Of a DNA stretch of 64,000 nt, positions 47,996-61,333 are shown piece by piece. The DNA is from Nemertoderma westbladi (lineage: Eukaryota > Animalia > Xenacoelomorpha), in assembly GCA_032718475.1 (NCBI GenBank), contig JAUCBJ010008910.1, forward strand, positions 14,300 to 78,299. The letters are read 5' to 3'. Made by a program: the position numbers and the translations under genes. Each line of letters begins with the position of its first letter. The stretch's first letter is position 1. The notes under the pieces were generated by a model, which saw nothing but the letters and a program-made list of their open reading frames with translations, searched no databases and was not told where the DNA came from.

Positions 47996-50900
47996 TTATG
48001 ATGTAATCTGCCACACTACACATCCGTTTCCACTGTTCGGGCACTGGCGTCTTACATGACCTGGAGCAAGACATGCCCAACAGGTATCTAACGTCCACAC
48101 TTGAATCCGTCTCTGTTCTGAGCTCAGTTCTTTGAAGCGCCTACAATTTTCCAACTTGTGGTCGTCTGACCTTACTTCCTTTAAGAAGCAGAACTGGCAT
48201 CCCACAAATCCACATGGCAAATCCTGTTGCTTTATACTAGGTCTGTCTGACCTCTCACCTGACCAGACTCGCGAGTCTGATCTCAAGGCGGGGGAATGGT
48301 TACTCTGGTTATATTTGTCTACTGTGTTAAATGTCACAGACTATCTGTCTTCATTGACACTTACCATAGACCTTCCCAAAGCAGGTTTTGTTTCTCTCAT
48401 ATTCTCCTCTGAGAAGTTGGACTTCATCTCTGCGATAGCGTCGGTTGCTATCATATCGTGAATATGTCTGAGTGTTAACACTTTATCTTGACCCTCCAAT
48501 TTGTTCTCTAATTTCCGCCATTTTTGCCGATAACGAAAGTTCAGGCGTCTTATTATACTCTTTAAAACCTGCGCGGATCACCATAGTGTGGTAGATTCAC
48601 TGTTTTTAAAATATTTTTGTACATTTGTAAAAATACATTTGTAATGGCGTTGGCCAAGTTTAACAGTTCCAACGGTGTTGTAATTTTTCCACCCTTGCCC
48701 AAATCCTCTACTATTGATTGTGCCATTTTGGTTTTATTCCCATAGACGTCGCTAAGGGTCTTCATTGTTAGTTCAAATGCATTTTCGTTCCCGACGAAAT
48801 TGTCGGCAATGGTCCTTGGCTCTCGATGGAGCATTTGCAATAAGTAATTGAATTTTTCGTTGGGGGTAAAGGTACTGTTAGTTAACTGCTCATTGACATA
48901 AGTCTTAAATGTTCTCCAGTGTTTATGGTTGCCCATAAACCTCTGAGGTTGTTGTGCTGCAATCCCTGCCTAGCAGCAAACTTACCAATATCCTGAAGGG
49001 TGGCGTCATTCCGGATTAATAAGTTGGTCAACTCTGCAGGGTTGTCGAGTCTGGGCCTTTCCCGGGGATTCATACTTACCTGCTCCGTGTCGGTCCTTCT
49101 TTCCTTCCGGTTTTGGGACTTCTGACGTCTCAATTCTTGCTCTTCATCGCTCGAGTCTGTGTCGGTTCTCGGTGCTCGCGTCAGTTTATGCGCCGAGGCC
49201 CTGACCCAAGCTTCTTGTATAAATCTTTCCGCCGAATGTTCGAAATCGGGATTGTGGATCATAGGGACAGGCGTTCTTACCTGAGGTCTTGGTGGTATTG
49301 TTGCCTCCGATATGTTTACTTGTGCGCCAGGTTGGACTCTATCTAGTTCTTGCCTGGTGGATTAGAATTACTTCATAGCTGGGCTGCTTCCCTTAACTGT
49401 AAGTTACTAAGCATGTCCGTTATAGGTTGGATGTGCAGTGATATAGCTTGCGCTAAACTGGCACTTAACTCCTCCCTCGTAATAAACTCCTGGCTAGGGT
49501 TCCGCTGAACTGTTGGCTCTATTTGGGTAATCCGCTGTCTCTCATATGATCCCTCTTCCGGTTTAACCCAGAAGTTCTCCGTCGAACTGGGTCGGCGATC
49601 CATACGCGTATTCCAAACCCGCGGGTTCGGTTCGCCCAATACTCGGCCTCTCGGAGTTTCTTCTATAAACTCCCCTTCATCCTGATAATAGTTGCGTCGT
49701 GGCGCACCGTCCTGATGGCGTGGATCCTGCGCGATGGGTGAAGCACTAATACTAACTGGCGTGCGATATGTAGAAAACGGTTTAGCGATCCGAGTACTTG
49801 TAATAGTTGGACCGGGTATAGGAATTCTGGTCGCCGTTGACTCACGTATAACTGGAGTTCTCGCCTCCTGTTTGGCCTTCTGCTGTGCGAACAGGTCTCG
49901 CAACTCAGTACCTACACTCGCCCCACATTCTTCAATCATTCGCATCCCCCTTTCGGCAATTTCATTCGCCTTCCTTGTTCGTTCTTCGCTTTCTAAGTTT
50001 AGTCTCGCAGTTTCCAATTGCGCCAGTTTGCGTTGTTCTTCTTCCCTTGCTAGTCTCGCTGCGCTCTCTTCTTCCAGTCGTGCTTTCTCTTCGTACAATG
50101 CGCGTTGTTCCCTCTCACGCTCGAGTTCGCACTCCTTGCGCTCGCGTTCGAGTTAAAGTTCGCGTCTCCTTTGTTCGTGTTCCTTGGCTTCCCGTTCGCG
50201 TTCGAGCTGGAGTTCGTGCTCCTTCCGTTCGCGTTCCTTCCGTTCACATTCGCGCTCGAGTTGCAGTTCCTTCGCGTTTGCGCTCGAGTTGGAGTTCGCG
50301 TTCTTCCTGTTCGCGTTCGGGTTGCCCACGCTTACTTATGTCTTCCAACTCTCGCAGCTTCGCGTCTAACTTACGGGTGCACTCCCGTTCTCGCTCGGCT
50401 TCCTTCCGTGCTTCCGATGCACGCAAGACCTCTGCCTGTTGTTCGTCTAGTCGGCGTCTTCTCTCCTCCGCCGAGTTGTGAGAAACAAGGGATCTAGCGC
50501 ATATAACCTTCCCTCGCGCGTGACTAACCTGAGAATTGCCGCTGTCTCTAGATGCGTCGTTGGATGGAGTTAACGTCCTCTGTTGGATGTTCTCCGTCGT
50601 CGGTAGCACCTGGCCCGGTACCACCACTCCACTCTGCATCAGCCAGCTGGTAACTTCCCTCTGATACCTTCTCTCTTGCTTGTCTTGGATCTCTTCCTGC
50701 TTCACTAAGTTCCTCGACTCTGCGTCACTTACCTGAGTCGCCTGCGCTTGTGATGCCCATAGCAACCAGTTCTCTGTCCTAACTCGTCGGAATCGCTCCG
50801 ATAACGCGCGGTGCTCTAACAAGGCCGCCAAAGCCCTGTCGTAAACCCTCGTCGCCACGCCGCTCGGCTGGGACTCCGCTGCTCTCTTCGCTAGAACTGC

Positions 50901-51476
50901 AAGCTCCTCCATCTGCTTGAATAACGCTGAGTTGTCTCCCTTTCTAATCTCTACTAACCCTTCCCTTCTGATGTTACCAGAGTCGGCTAACATCTTCCTT
51001 ACCTTGTCCGTCGTCCGGGTTATATGTCCGGCATGCGCGCGAAGTTTCTTTTTTATCGCGATGTCCAGTTCTCTCTCGCTTACCTGACTTACACTCGGTG
51101 GACTTGAGGGATTATTACGGGAACTACGGATACTCCTTACAGCCGTTGGGGCCACGGCACTTACCATACCCACAGGTCTGGAAACCAGGCTCCGGGCTCT
51201 CGCTTCTGCTACACTACCCTCCCTATCACTCACCTTGGGTTGGGCTGGTGTGCCATCCTTCCTTACAGTAGTAGTAGGGGACACTAATAATATTACCTCA
51301 CCTTGGTCTTCTTCACTGGTTACTATCTCGTCCTCCTGTTCACTTACGTCAGCGTCACTCGCTGCGTCGTCATAGTCAGCATTGTCGTCAACAGTTATAT
51401 TGACACTATCGTCAGTCGGCGGTCCAGCCGCCGTCTTATAGCTGTCCTCTAGTGCCTCCTTCTCTGAGACACTCAT
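47996..51476 (-). pseudogene. BEL-2 gag, frameshifted
   Basis: KFAARQGL, GNHKHWRTF, EKFNYLLQML, CQFC..HKLENC, CWACLAPGHVRRQC; homologous to BEL-1 gag. Confidence 0.9.
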
Positions 51477-52095
51477 TGTTTAAAGTATATATATAGTTAT
51501 TTGCCTTTCGGCTAAAATCTCGCAAAATTTCGATATATATATTAATTTAATCGAAATTTCGATTAAATTATTTGGCATAATAATTTATTTGGTCTCAAAA
51601 TATCAAATATTAAATTTGTTAATTCACAATAAAAAATATTATGAATTTAATTGTATATAATTATGGTAAATACCAGTATAATATTTTAACAAAATGTAGC
51701 TCTATAGCTATTATACAGCATTTAAATACCGGTATGACACGAAAATAATTTGAATCTAATTCAAAAATTCAAAAAAAATAAATTTGTCACCCAAAATATT
51801 TCTAATTTTATATATAGCGCAAAATCAACGTAATTTTATTTTTAAATATTATATATATCCACTAGCGCGTGGCTACACCTTCAGGTTGCGACACTCTCTC
51901 TCTCTCCAACTGAGCGATCCAAAACACCATGGCCGGCTAAACCTAACTAACCTAACTAATAAACTGAGTTCAGTTTCGCAGTCAAACAACCGGTAATTTT
52001 TTACTGCTTCCACAAATACACTGGTACCAACAGAACAACTAACCCTGTTCGCTGTGAGATTCCATGTCCACGTCCTAGCATCCACCGTCTGCGTC

Positions 52096-53828
52096 CGCAT
52101 ATAACCTTCCCTCGCGCGTGACTAACCTGAGAATTGCCGCTGTCTCTAGATGCGTCGTCGGGTGGAGTTAACGTCCTCTGTTGGATGTTCTCCGTCGTCG
52201 GTAGCACCTGGCCCGGTACCACCACTCCACTCTGCATCAGCCAGCTGGTAACTTCCCTCTGATACCTTCTCTCTTGCTTGTCTTGGATCCCTTCCTGCTT
52301 CACTAAGTTCCTCGACTCTGCGTCACTTACCTGAGTCGCCTGCGCTTGTGATGCCCATAGCAACCAGTTCTCTGTCCTAACTCGTCGGAATCGCTCCGAT
52401 AACGCGCGGTGCTCTAACAAGGCCGCCAAAGCCCTGTCGTAAACCCTCGTCGCCACGTCGCTCGACTGGGACTCCACTGCTCTCTTCGCTAGAACTGCAA
52501 GCTCCTCCATCTGCTTGAATAACGCTGAGTTGTATCCCTTTCTAATCTCTACTAACCCTTCCCTTCCGATGTTACCAGAGTCGGCTAACATCTTCCTTAC
52601 CTTGTCCGTCGTCTGGGTTATATGTCCGGCATGCGCGCGAAGTTTCTTTTTTATTGCGATGTCCAGTTCTCTCTCGCTTACCTGACTTACACTCTGTGGA
52701 CTTGAGGGATTATTACGGGAACTACGGATACTCCTTACAGCCGCTGGGGCCACGGCACTTACCATACCCACAGGTCTGGAAACCAGGCTCCGGGCTCTCG
52801 CTTCTGCTACACTACCCTCCCTATCACTAACCTTGGATTGGGCTGGTATGCCATCCTTCCTTACAGTAGTAGTAGGGGACACTAATAATATTACCTCACC
52901 TTGGTCTTCTTCACTGGTTACTATCTCGTCCTCCTGTTCACTTACGTCAGCGTCACTCGCTGCGTCGTCATAGTCAGCATTGTCGTCAACAGTTATATTG
53001 ACACTATCGGCAGTCGGCGGTCCAGCCGCCGTCTTATAGCTGTCCTCTAGTGCCTCCTTCTCTGAGACACTCATTGTTTAAAGTATATATATAGTTATTT
53101 GTCTTTTGGCTAAAATCTCGCAAAATTTCGATATATAATATATATCGAAATTTTGCCATAATTATATACAATTAAATTCATAATATTTTTTATTGTGAAT
53201 TAACAAATTTAATATTTGATATTTTGAGACCAAATAAATTATTTTTACAAATAATTTAATCGAAATTTTGATTAAATTAATATATTATATTAATTTAATC
53301 AAAATTTCGATTAAATTATTTGTAAAAATAATTTATTTGGTCTCAAAATATCAAATATTAAATTTGTTAATTCACAATAAAAAATATTATGAATTTAATT
53401 GTATATAATTATGGTAAATACCAGTATAATATTTAAACAAAATGTAGCTCTATAGCTATTATACAGCATTTAAATACCGGTATGACACAAAAATAATTTG
53501 AATCTAATTCAAAAATTCAAAAAAAATAAATTTGTCATCCAAAATATTTCTAATTTTATATATAGCGCAAAATCAACGTAATTTTATTTTTAAATATTAT
53601 ATATATCCACTAGCGCGTGGCTACACCTTCAGGTTGCGACACTCTCCCTCTCTCTCCAACTGAGCGATCCAAAACACAATGGCCGGCTAAACCTAACTAA
53701 CCTAACTAATAAACTGAGTTCAGTTTTGCAGTCAAACAACCGGTAATTTTTTACTGCTTCCACAAACACACTGGTACCAACAGAACAACTAACCCTGTTC
53801 GCTGTGAGATTCCACATCCGCGTCCTAG
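52096..53828 (-). repeat. Tandem duplicate of leader + gag N-terminus (partner about 50498-52078; ORF 52001-53074)
   Basis: Near-identical MSVSEKEALED... ORFs at 51476 and 53074. Confidence 0.92.
53156..53414. repeat. Perfect palindrome, 129-bp arms with a 1-nt spacer
   Basis: Arms 53156-53284 and 53286-53414 are reverse complements. An adjacent palindrome with 18-bp arms lies at 53120-53156. Confidence 0.9.
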
Positions 53829-55522
53829 GCTTCAGACTCGTTGCTGATTGCGAACCGAACCCGTAGACCCACACAAACCCCAGCATCAGAAGTTCCATCT
53901 CGCCATGTATCTCCAGATGGTATAAAATATAATAATTAAGCGGTTATCCAACATACCGGTACTAAAACCCTAAATTTTATTATATAAATAATTTTGGCCG
54001 AAACTGAATTCTCACAAACCTAGCTACTAATTTTGAATTTACTAATTTTACAATTTACCCTAAGAGCCTAACGAATTACTGTATTCTCTATGAATAGTGA
54101 ACAAAAAAAAATAAAAGCCATTTACTGTTAAAGAAATCTCAAAGGGGATTCTTCCTTTTGATATGTTCGTATTTTCGAATGAAACAATGAGGTTAATCAA
54201 ACTATAACATACCAAGCTAATTGCCCTAAACACAAGCCGAAACAGAAACAACCAAAACAATAAATCTGATTTGGCTTCCCAAGCTACTTAATACGAGTGT
54301 TGGTGACTTAACACTCCAATTGTTCACCCTTCACAGAGAAATAAAGCAGTTCATCAGGCGGACAAATGTTGAATGTGAGAATATTTAATAATGCAAAAGG
54401 GGGGAAATTATTTACCTAAACCCTGGTGCCCTTAGCGCTGACTGTAATCAGCTATATTACTGCTTGCTACGCTTGCGACTACTGTAGACTTGCAAACCCG
54501 CTATTTTTTAGATAACCACCTAGCTGCCTAGTGTAAATTTGTCCAAAGATATTTCTGTATTTCCTAAGTGTAAATAACTAAAACTATTCTCTGCTATGCA
54601 GCGTACGAAATCCTTATTTTATTCTAAATACTATCATACATAAACTACATTTACTCAAATGTATGGGGTTGCGAACTAATTATTAGGTATTCCAGAATTT
54701 GTAACGCTAATTAGTTACGTTACTAGGCTACACTAAAGACAGCCTAAATACCGTATTATTTGAGCTAACAGTAATTTAACAAGCATAAATAGAAAACAGA
54801 AACAATCAAGGTATATAGCACCTATCTAAAACATTACACATAAATAGCGTTAGCATTAGCGTTAGCATTAGCATAGCATTAGCATAAATGTAGCATTAGC
54901 ATAAACGTAGCATTAGCATAAACGTAGCATTAGCATAAACGTAGCATTAGCATAAACGGCTAAGGTCACCCCAGATCAATGTGATCTTTCTACCTAAACC
55001 TAGCTAGCCTAATAGCAAATCTGAGAGACAAGATCTAGGTCGCCTTGCCCCTTACAGCCTTAATGGCGACCGGCCCTCGGTCCTAAACTTAATTCAGCCA
55101 ACCGCAGCCACCAGCCCCGCTGGTAGTGCCGTGCATTGGATCCTCCAACTTCTCCCGTCGCTTCCAAACAGTGAGCCCGCGGCGCCTACCCCTAGCCCAA
55201 CATGTTAAAGAGGGCAGTTACCATAATGGCGCAAACATAGTAAAAACCAATCAGAAAGTCAGACAGTCGAAGGAAACAAACATTGATTTTGGTTCACGAC
55301 ATTGCGGCAATTATATTTGCAATCAGAAATATAAAATCAACAGTCAGACTAAGCAGTAATCATATTCAAAAGTCACAAATGTATGAAGAAAGCAGCAACA
55401 TTTACAACCAACGGAAGTGCAAAAAACGAAGAATAAAGATGGCTACTGCTAAACTGTAGGAATGAAGCAAAGTCCAAATTTGCTCACATAATCAGGCGAC
55501 ATCCAGGGTTGTCTCAGCTGGA

Positions 55523-58500
55523 CAGTCAGGGGGCCCTAAACCGATTAGGTTCTCTGTTTGCAGAACACTGAACACTATTCCGGCCACGGAACTAGTCCAG
55601 CAGAATGCCTTTATAGAATCCTGGGATTTGTGGGACGAGAGGATCTCAGCAACTAAGCGATCAGATCGACTAAAGATCAGTTTTGATCAGGGATCGGACA
55701 CTCAAGGCTTGCTCCAATCGAAAAACTTAACATTACAAAAAGATTCAGCGACCCCACATTAGTCATGATTCCCGTTAAAAGATTTTAAAAAAACATATAA
55801 CCTTCCCGGTCAAAACGCAAGATCATGATCGTGCAAAGATTGGACTTCGTAAAATCGTAACTAAGCATTTTGGATATAAACAATTACTGTAGGAAACGTT
55901 CAGAACACCGCCCTGAGTCGATTAAAAAAAATTGGCTCGTTCGGACAACCGGTTCTCCAGATCTGATACCTGATCATTAAAGATCAGATTTTTTATTTTT
56001 TTCGGATTTTCTCGAAAACTTTGTTTGAGACCCCCGATTTTTTTTTTACGAATCGACTTCTATGATGAAGGGGCAACTTTTGAGCATTTCGAAATTTTCA
56101 AAAAGCGATTTGATCAGGCCGCGATCAGAAAAGATCGTGTTTTCGGTTTTATTTCAAAGACCAAGTCCTGGGAGTTCACCATGGAAAAACTTAACATTAC
56201 AAAAAGATTCCTCACCCTCGAATTATGGGGGGTAGCCAAAATTTGGGCATAAAAAAGTTCAAGTCTAGTGGGTCAAAACTCAAGATCATGATCGCGAAAA
56301 GATCAGTATATTTAAAATCGAATCTAAGCATTTTTCTAATAAACTTCCGTTGTAAGAAATGTGCAATGGTCTATTCTGAGTTGATTAAAAAAAAATTGGC
56401 TCGATCGGTCAACCAGTTCTCGAGATCAGCTTCCTGATCATAAAAGATCGTGTTTTTCGGTTTTTCCCAATTTTCTCGAAAACTTTGTTTGAGACCCCCG
56501 ATTTTTTTTTTACTAATCGACTTCTATTAAGAAGGGACAACTTTTGAGCATTTCAAAATTTTCAAAAAGCGATTTGATCAGGCCATGATAAGGAAAGATC
56601 ATGTTTTCGGTTTTATTTCGAAGACCAAGTCCTGTGAGTTCACCGTATGAAAAAACTTAACATTACGAAAAGATTCCTCACCCTCGAATTAGGGGGGGTA
56701 GCCAAAATTTGACCATAAAAAAGTTCAATTGTAGGGGGTCAAAAGATCATGATCGCGAAATGATCAGTTTTTTCGAAATTACTTCTGAGCATTTTGGGGC
56801 AAAACTTTCAAACTAAAAAACATTCACTGGAGTGTTCTAAGTAGATTAAAACAAATTTCGACTCAATAGGCCTACCGGTACCGGAGATATGGTCGTCCAA
56901 AGTCTGCTTCCGGTAATTCGAAAATATTTCGAAAACCCTTGATCGAATTTTTTCCTTGAAAATATGTGAATGTACAGTTAGTGCACCCGCATCTAACGAT
57001 ATATCACAATCCATATTTCGGATGACAGGTACCGGTGAAATCAGACTTTACCGAAAAAAATTCAAATTTTAGCTACTCATGTCTGACTATCTCGAAAACT
57101 ATAACAGGTATGGAAATACTTTCACTGCAAGAAATGTTCGCCTATCCAATGCGCTTCTAACTCTGTGCTCGGATTTTGCATAGTGTCAAAACCTATAACT
57201 TAACCCCCCCAGCGGAGGGAACGGAGTGACCGGAGCGCCAGTACTATCTTTCATTATTATATAGTAATAAGGGTGGTGGGTGGGGTAGGTGGTGAATACT
57301 ATTTATAGGGTGGAGGGAGGGTCTAGTATATTACTTTAGGATATATGATTTCTTTGCAATATAGTTTAGCTGCCTCAGTCTTATTTGTAATATGTTATAC
57401 ATTATACCAAATTATATCAAGTTTTAACATACTACATTGTCTACCTGTAGGAGAAATATACAATGTAGGGCTCATAATTAGGAGCCCGCTTGACAGCGGG
57501 ATACTTACTGTAAGAATCTTCAGGATACATTACATTGACTGACACTGACTGACTGATAATTATCTAGGTTAAGGCACTTCCTGCCTGGCGATTTTGATGA
57601 AATTTTGCAAGTACATTGCTTTTGAGGTTCATAATCGCGTTACAAAATTTCAGATCGATTCTATGTGTGGTATTCGATATATTTAGTTTTTTGACATTGT
57701 TTTGTCGCGAAATTAAAAGCAATGGTAAAATAACAGCTGGTGTTCATGATGAAATATGGCTTAATATGTTATACACAGTCATAGTAAAACGTATTGGTTG
57801 CCAAGTTTTACTAGTAGGCTATAAGGAAAGTCAATGTTTACTCACACATAAGCTGTTGGTTTCTAATGTATTACCCCATAAGCTGATTGCTCTCCCAGTG
57901 CTTCCTAAGGGTATATCTACAATAAGGTTACTCACTCTGCTATGTTAGGGGGTGGATCAGGAGAATGAATTTTAGTTACACAAAGCAGTGTGTTGTGTCC
58001 TATTGCAGTCGATACTCACTGTGGATTGCAAAATGTTTTATAGTTGACCTACACTATAATACAGTAGTTGCATGTATTTAAGGAGCCCGCTCTGGCCTAC
58101 TGCCTAACTTAGCAGTAATACCTATATTACATATACACATATTAAAAATATTCTTATTTTTTTTATTACATACGATTTTTTAGCTGAAACGATTTTTTAG
58201 CTGAAGCATTAATAGTGTAAATTAATTTAATTATATTTTAATACCATTACTACATTGGCATACTGTAAGATAAGTTTTAATATTTCTTACAAATAGTGGT
58301 GCGAGCATAAATCAAATCACGCAAATTTAAAAGAACCGGGTGTGTTGTCATAGCAAAGTTTCAGTTTTTATTATGTGGGACGAGCCACAAAGTACTGCTG
58401 AGAAAGACTGAAAGGTTCAAAGACTGTATGTCAACAATGTTATTATTATTATAGTCTGCGCCACAAACAGAATATGCCAAATAATTAAATTAGCAATATA

Positions 58501-59676
58501 AATTTCAGAAAAATAGCTATCGGACTTGGCTGAAGAAATCGAATTATAATCCACTTAGTTTGTTATATTGATGATATTATTACTCTCTGGGAATGTGTTG
58601 GAATGGGAGATTGTAAATTATTATTGAACAGTAAATATTACATATCCCATAAAAGTCGTCATAATTAATTGTGTAGAAACAATTGTTCACCTTCTCGTTT
58701 AGATTAATTAGTAAATAAATAAATTAGTTTAGATATTTTCTGTTAGCGAATTTATTTCGAATAATAAAAAAGTGTGTAGGCCGATTGTATGGTTGTTTAA
58801 TTTGCGTTATTATTTTTCGCCGCGACCTAGACTTCTATTAATTGTTAAATCTAATGGTTTTCAAAAAGAAAGGTAACCGTACCTGTACTGGTAAATCTAA
58901 CTTGTTATTTATCTGGTTGTGAATCATGGGCATTTTCTTATAAATATTCGGTTGTTAGTGGCAGCAAAGTTTCATTTTTTATTATGTGGGGCAAGCCACA
59001 AAGTCAGCTATGTATCATCACACCATTTAGACAATTGTTTAGTTTAGTATTGGCTAGGATTCTTCCCCCCGGGCTCCTTCCAGCCAGCTTGCTGGCTCTC
59101 TAGTATATTTATAAATATATTTAGTATATTTACATTGTATAACAGAGTGAATTGATACTATTACAGTATTATAGTAAAGACGCCACTTTGATATATCTGA
59201 TCAAAAGGCAATTTCTGGTAAATTATTTATTTCACTATCTTGGGTATATCATTCAATTTCTAAAACTATAATAATAAACATTTACTTCAGTTCTTGTTTA
59301 CTCGCATGGATATATTGATATAAAACACTTCAGTATAATATTTTATGGGGCCAAACGCAGATTAATCAGAATAATATGTTTAATTATTGTTACAATTGGC
59401 ACATTGAAATAAGTAGTACATGAGTTTGATAAAATAATTATGAATCCGTATCTTATTCTACTTTGTCTATATGGTTATGTTATATAATAATGTTACTTTA
59501 TCACTTTGGTTTAAACTCATCTCCTATATAACTACTTACTACCACTCTACTAACTACTATTACTACTACTACTGACTACTGCAGAGTTAGGTGTATATTA
59601 TAAGAGGACGGGGTTCGTGATTATTAGTTATTATACAAGTGCCCCTCGGCTATAGAGAGTCCACCCTCGGTTGCTT
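55523..59676. mobile_element. Composite non-coding insertion, partly Helentron/HINE-like
   Basis: Flanked by a GCTGGA duplication (55517-55522, 59677-59682); no TIR. Contains an internal ~464-bp tandem repeat, and a hairpin followed by a CTGA microsatellite at 57478-57560. Confidence 0.6.
55720..56790. repeat. About 464-bp GATC-rich tandem repeat, about 2.3 units
   Basis: AAAAACTTAACATTAC.AAAAGATTC recurs near 55722, 56185 and 56651. Confidence 0.85.
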
Positions 59677-61333
59677 GCTGGATTTTCGACCAACCAGCGG
59701 GCAGAACTCAATTTAGGATCATTAAAGCACGTAATCGCCTCAACTTAATTTGGTGATTATTAAAAGCACAATTTAGGCGTTATTTTAGCACAAACATCGA
59801 TTTATAGGGAAATGTAAATAAAATTAGCAGAAATGTATTAGATTCGATAGATATTGGAAAACGGCAAAATTCATATTTTGTTTTAAATAATTTTGCCACC
59901 GCAAATGAATATATCAGGGTTTTATTATAAAATGACGTAAATAGGGCTACATACTGTATAAAATCGACTGAATATAAAATGAACTTGTATATTTTTTATT
60001 TACCCTATCTAATTATTACGGTTGCACATCAATACGCACTTATCTAACTTATTTTATACTGTATAACGGGTTGTTCTGTACACAGCGCCATATATCGCAA
60101 CAAACAGCATGATCAACTGCGAGGCATACAGCTCGTTCAACCTAATTGGTTCGGACCACAGAATTGTGACTGCAGAGATCAGACTCAGTTTGAGAGCCAG
60201 CAAACCCAGGACAAGCAAGCAAATCAAATATGACTGGGAAAAACTCAGAACTGACAATGCTCTAAAGGATGCTTATACAGTAGAAGTTCAAAACCGCTTT
60301 GAAGCACTTCAGTTAATGGATGAAGACCAATCCACCAATTCAATATACTAGAATATAATAACAGCCCACAAGGAATCAGCTAAGAGGCATATCCCCCAGA
60401 AACCCAAACGAAAACAATATGTGCCATGGCAAAACTCTGAGGTTACTTGTAAGAGAGAAGATCTTAAGATAGCCTACAAAGTTAACAAGGTTGAGAAGGC
60501 TAAGGATGATCTTAAATTGGCCTACAACATCAGCCAGGAAAAGTACATACAGGATAAAACTGAAGCAATTACAACTGCTCACATACAGCAACAATCAAGA
60601 CTTACCTGGCAAACTGTAAATAAGGTATCTGGTCGGAAAAGTTGTGCAAAGGGGCGCCTGCTAAGGAGGTTGGATTGCATATAAATGCTACAAAGACCGA
60701 ATTAATGACCTTTAATGTTGATGGAAACTTGATAACCATTGATAATAATCAACTAAGGAAGGTCGATGACTTCCAGTACCTTGGATCATGGATAGAGAGT
60801 AGCAAAAAGGACATATAGAAGTTAGGAAAGCGCTTCCAGAAGAACAACAAAAAGATGTCACGCTATTTTGAAGATTTCCCCCCCCCCCCCCCCCCCCCTT
60901 GAACGTCACTTCACAAAAATAAACCAGTATAGTTGATAAAAATGTAAAAAACGATATTTTTCACGGTCCATTCCGCAAAATTAGTATTTTATCTACTTGA
61001 AACTTATGGTGTGTTGTGGAATTGACTTCAGCCGGTTCCAATCAACATAGCATAAGTGAGTCTTAACTTTTGGCTAATCCAATTATAATAATTTTACGTA
61101 TGATGAACTATTAATTGATCAAACAAGTGATTACTTCTAGCGCTTACTATTGATCCCAGGAATTGTAACTCCAATAGCTGTTTTAGACTGGCATGCAACT
61201 GACTAAGAAACTCTAAAAGGAACATAGTGGGGGAACACAGACGGAATGAACCGCTCATAAAGTGTGATAAGGTGGACAAACGGATCAAGTTCCCCGAGTA
61301 TCCTCAATGTGTGTGGAATGACATGGCGGATAT

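Larger units (their letters stand above)
43497..60102 (-). mobile_element. Non-autonomous BEL/Pao element BEL-2 (gag only; no RT/RH/IN)
   Basis: TG..CA LTRs, 5-bp TSD AACAG at 43492-43496 and 60103-60107, BEL gag motifs. Confidence 0.93.
54126..60102 (-). repeat. BEL-2 5' LTR, interrupted by a 4.15-kb insertion
   Basis: LTR sequence stops at 55522 and resumes after 59682. Confidence 0.93.
42448..60832 (+). mobile_element. RTE family 2 copy split by BEL-2: 5' part and endonuclease (42448-43496) plus an internally deleted, 3'-truncated remainder (60103-60832)
   Basis: ICIQEHR, AGDLNA, QLDYIL..KKWRNS|MINCEAY rejoin across BEL-2. Flanked by CTTCCAGAA at 42439-42447 and 60833-60841, which is single in copy A. 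Confidence 0.85.
38989..61333. repeat. Segmental duplication copy B (38989-42447 and 60833-61333, interrupted by nest 2)
   Basis: Colinear with 1-8231. Confidence 0.9.
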
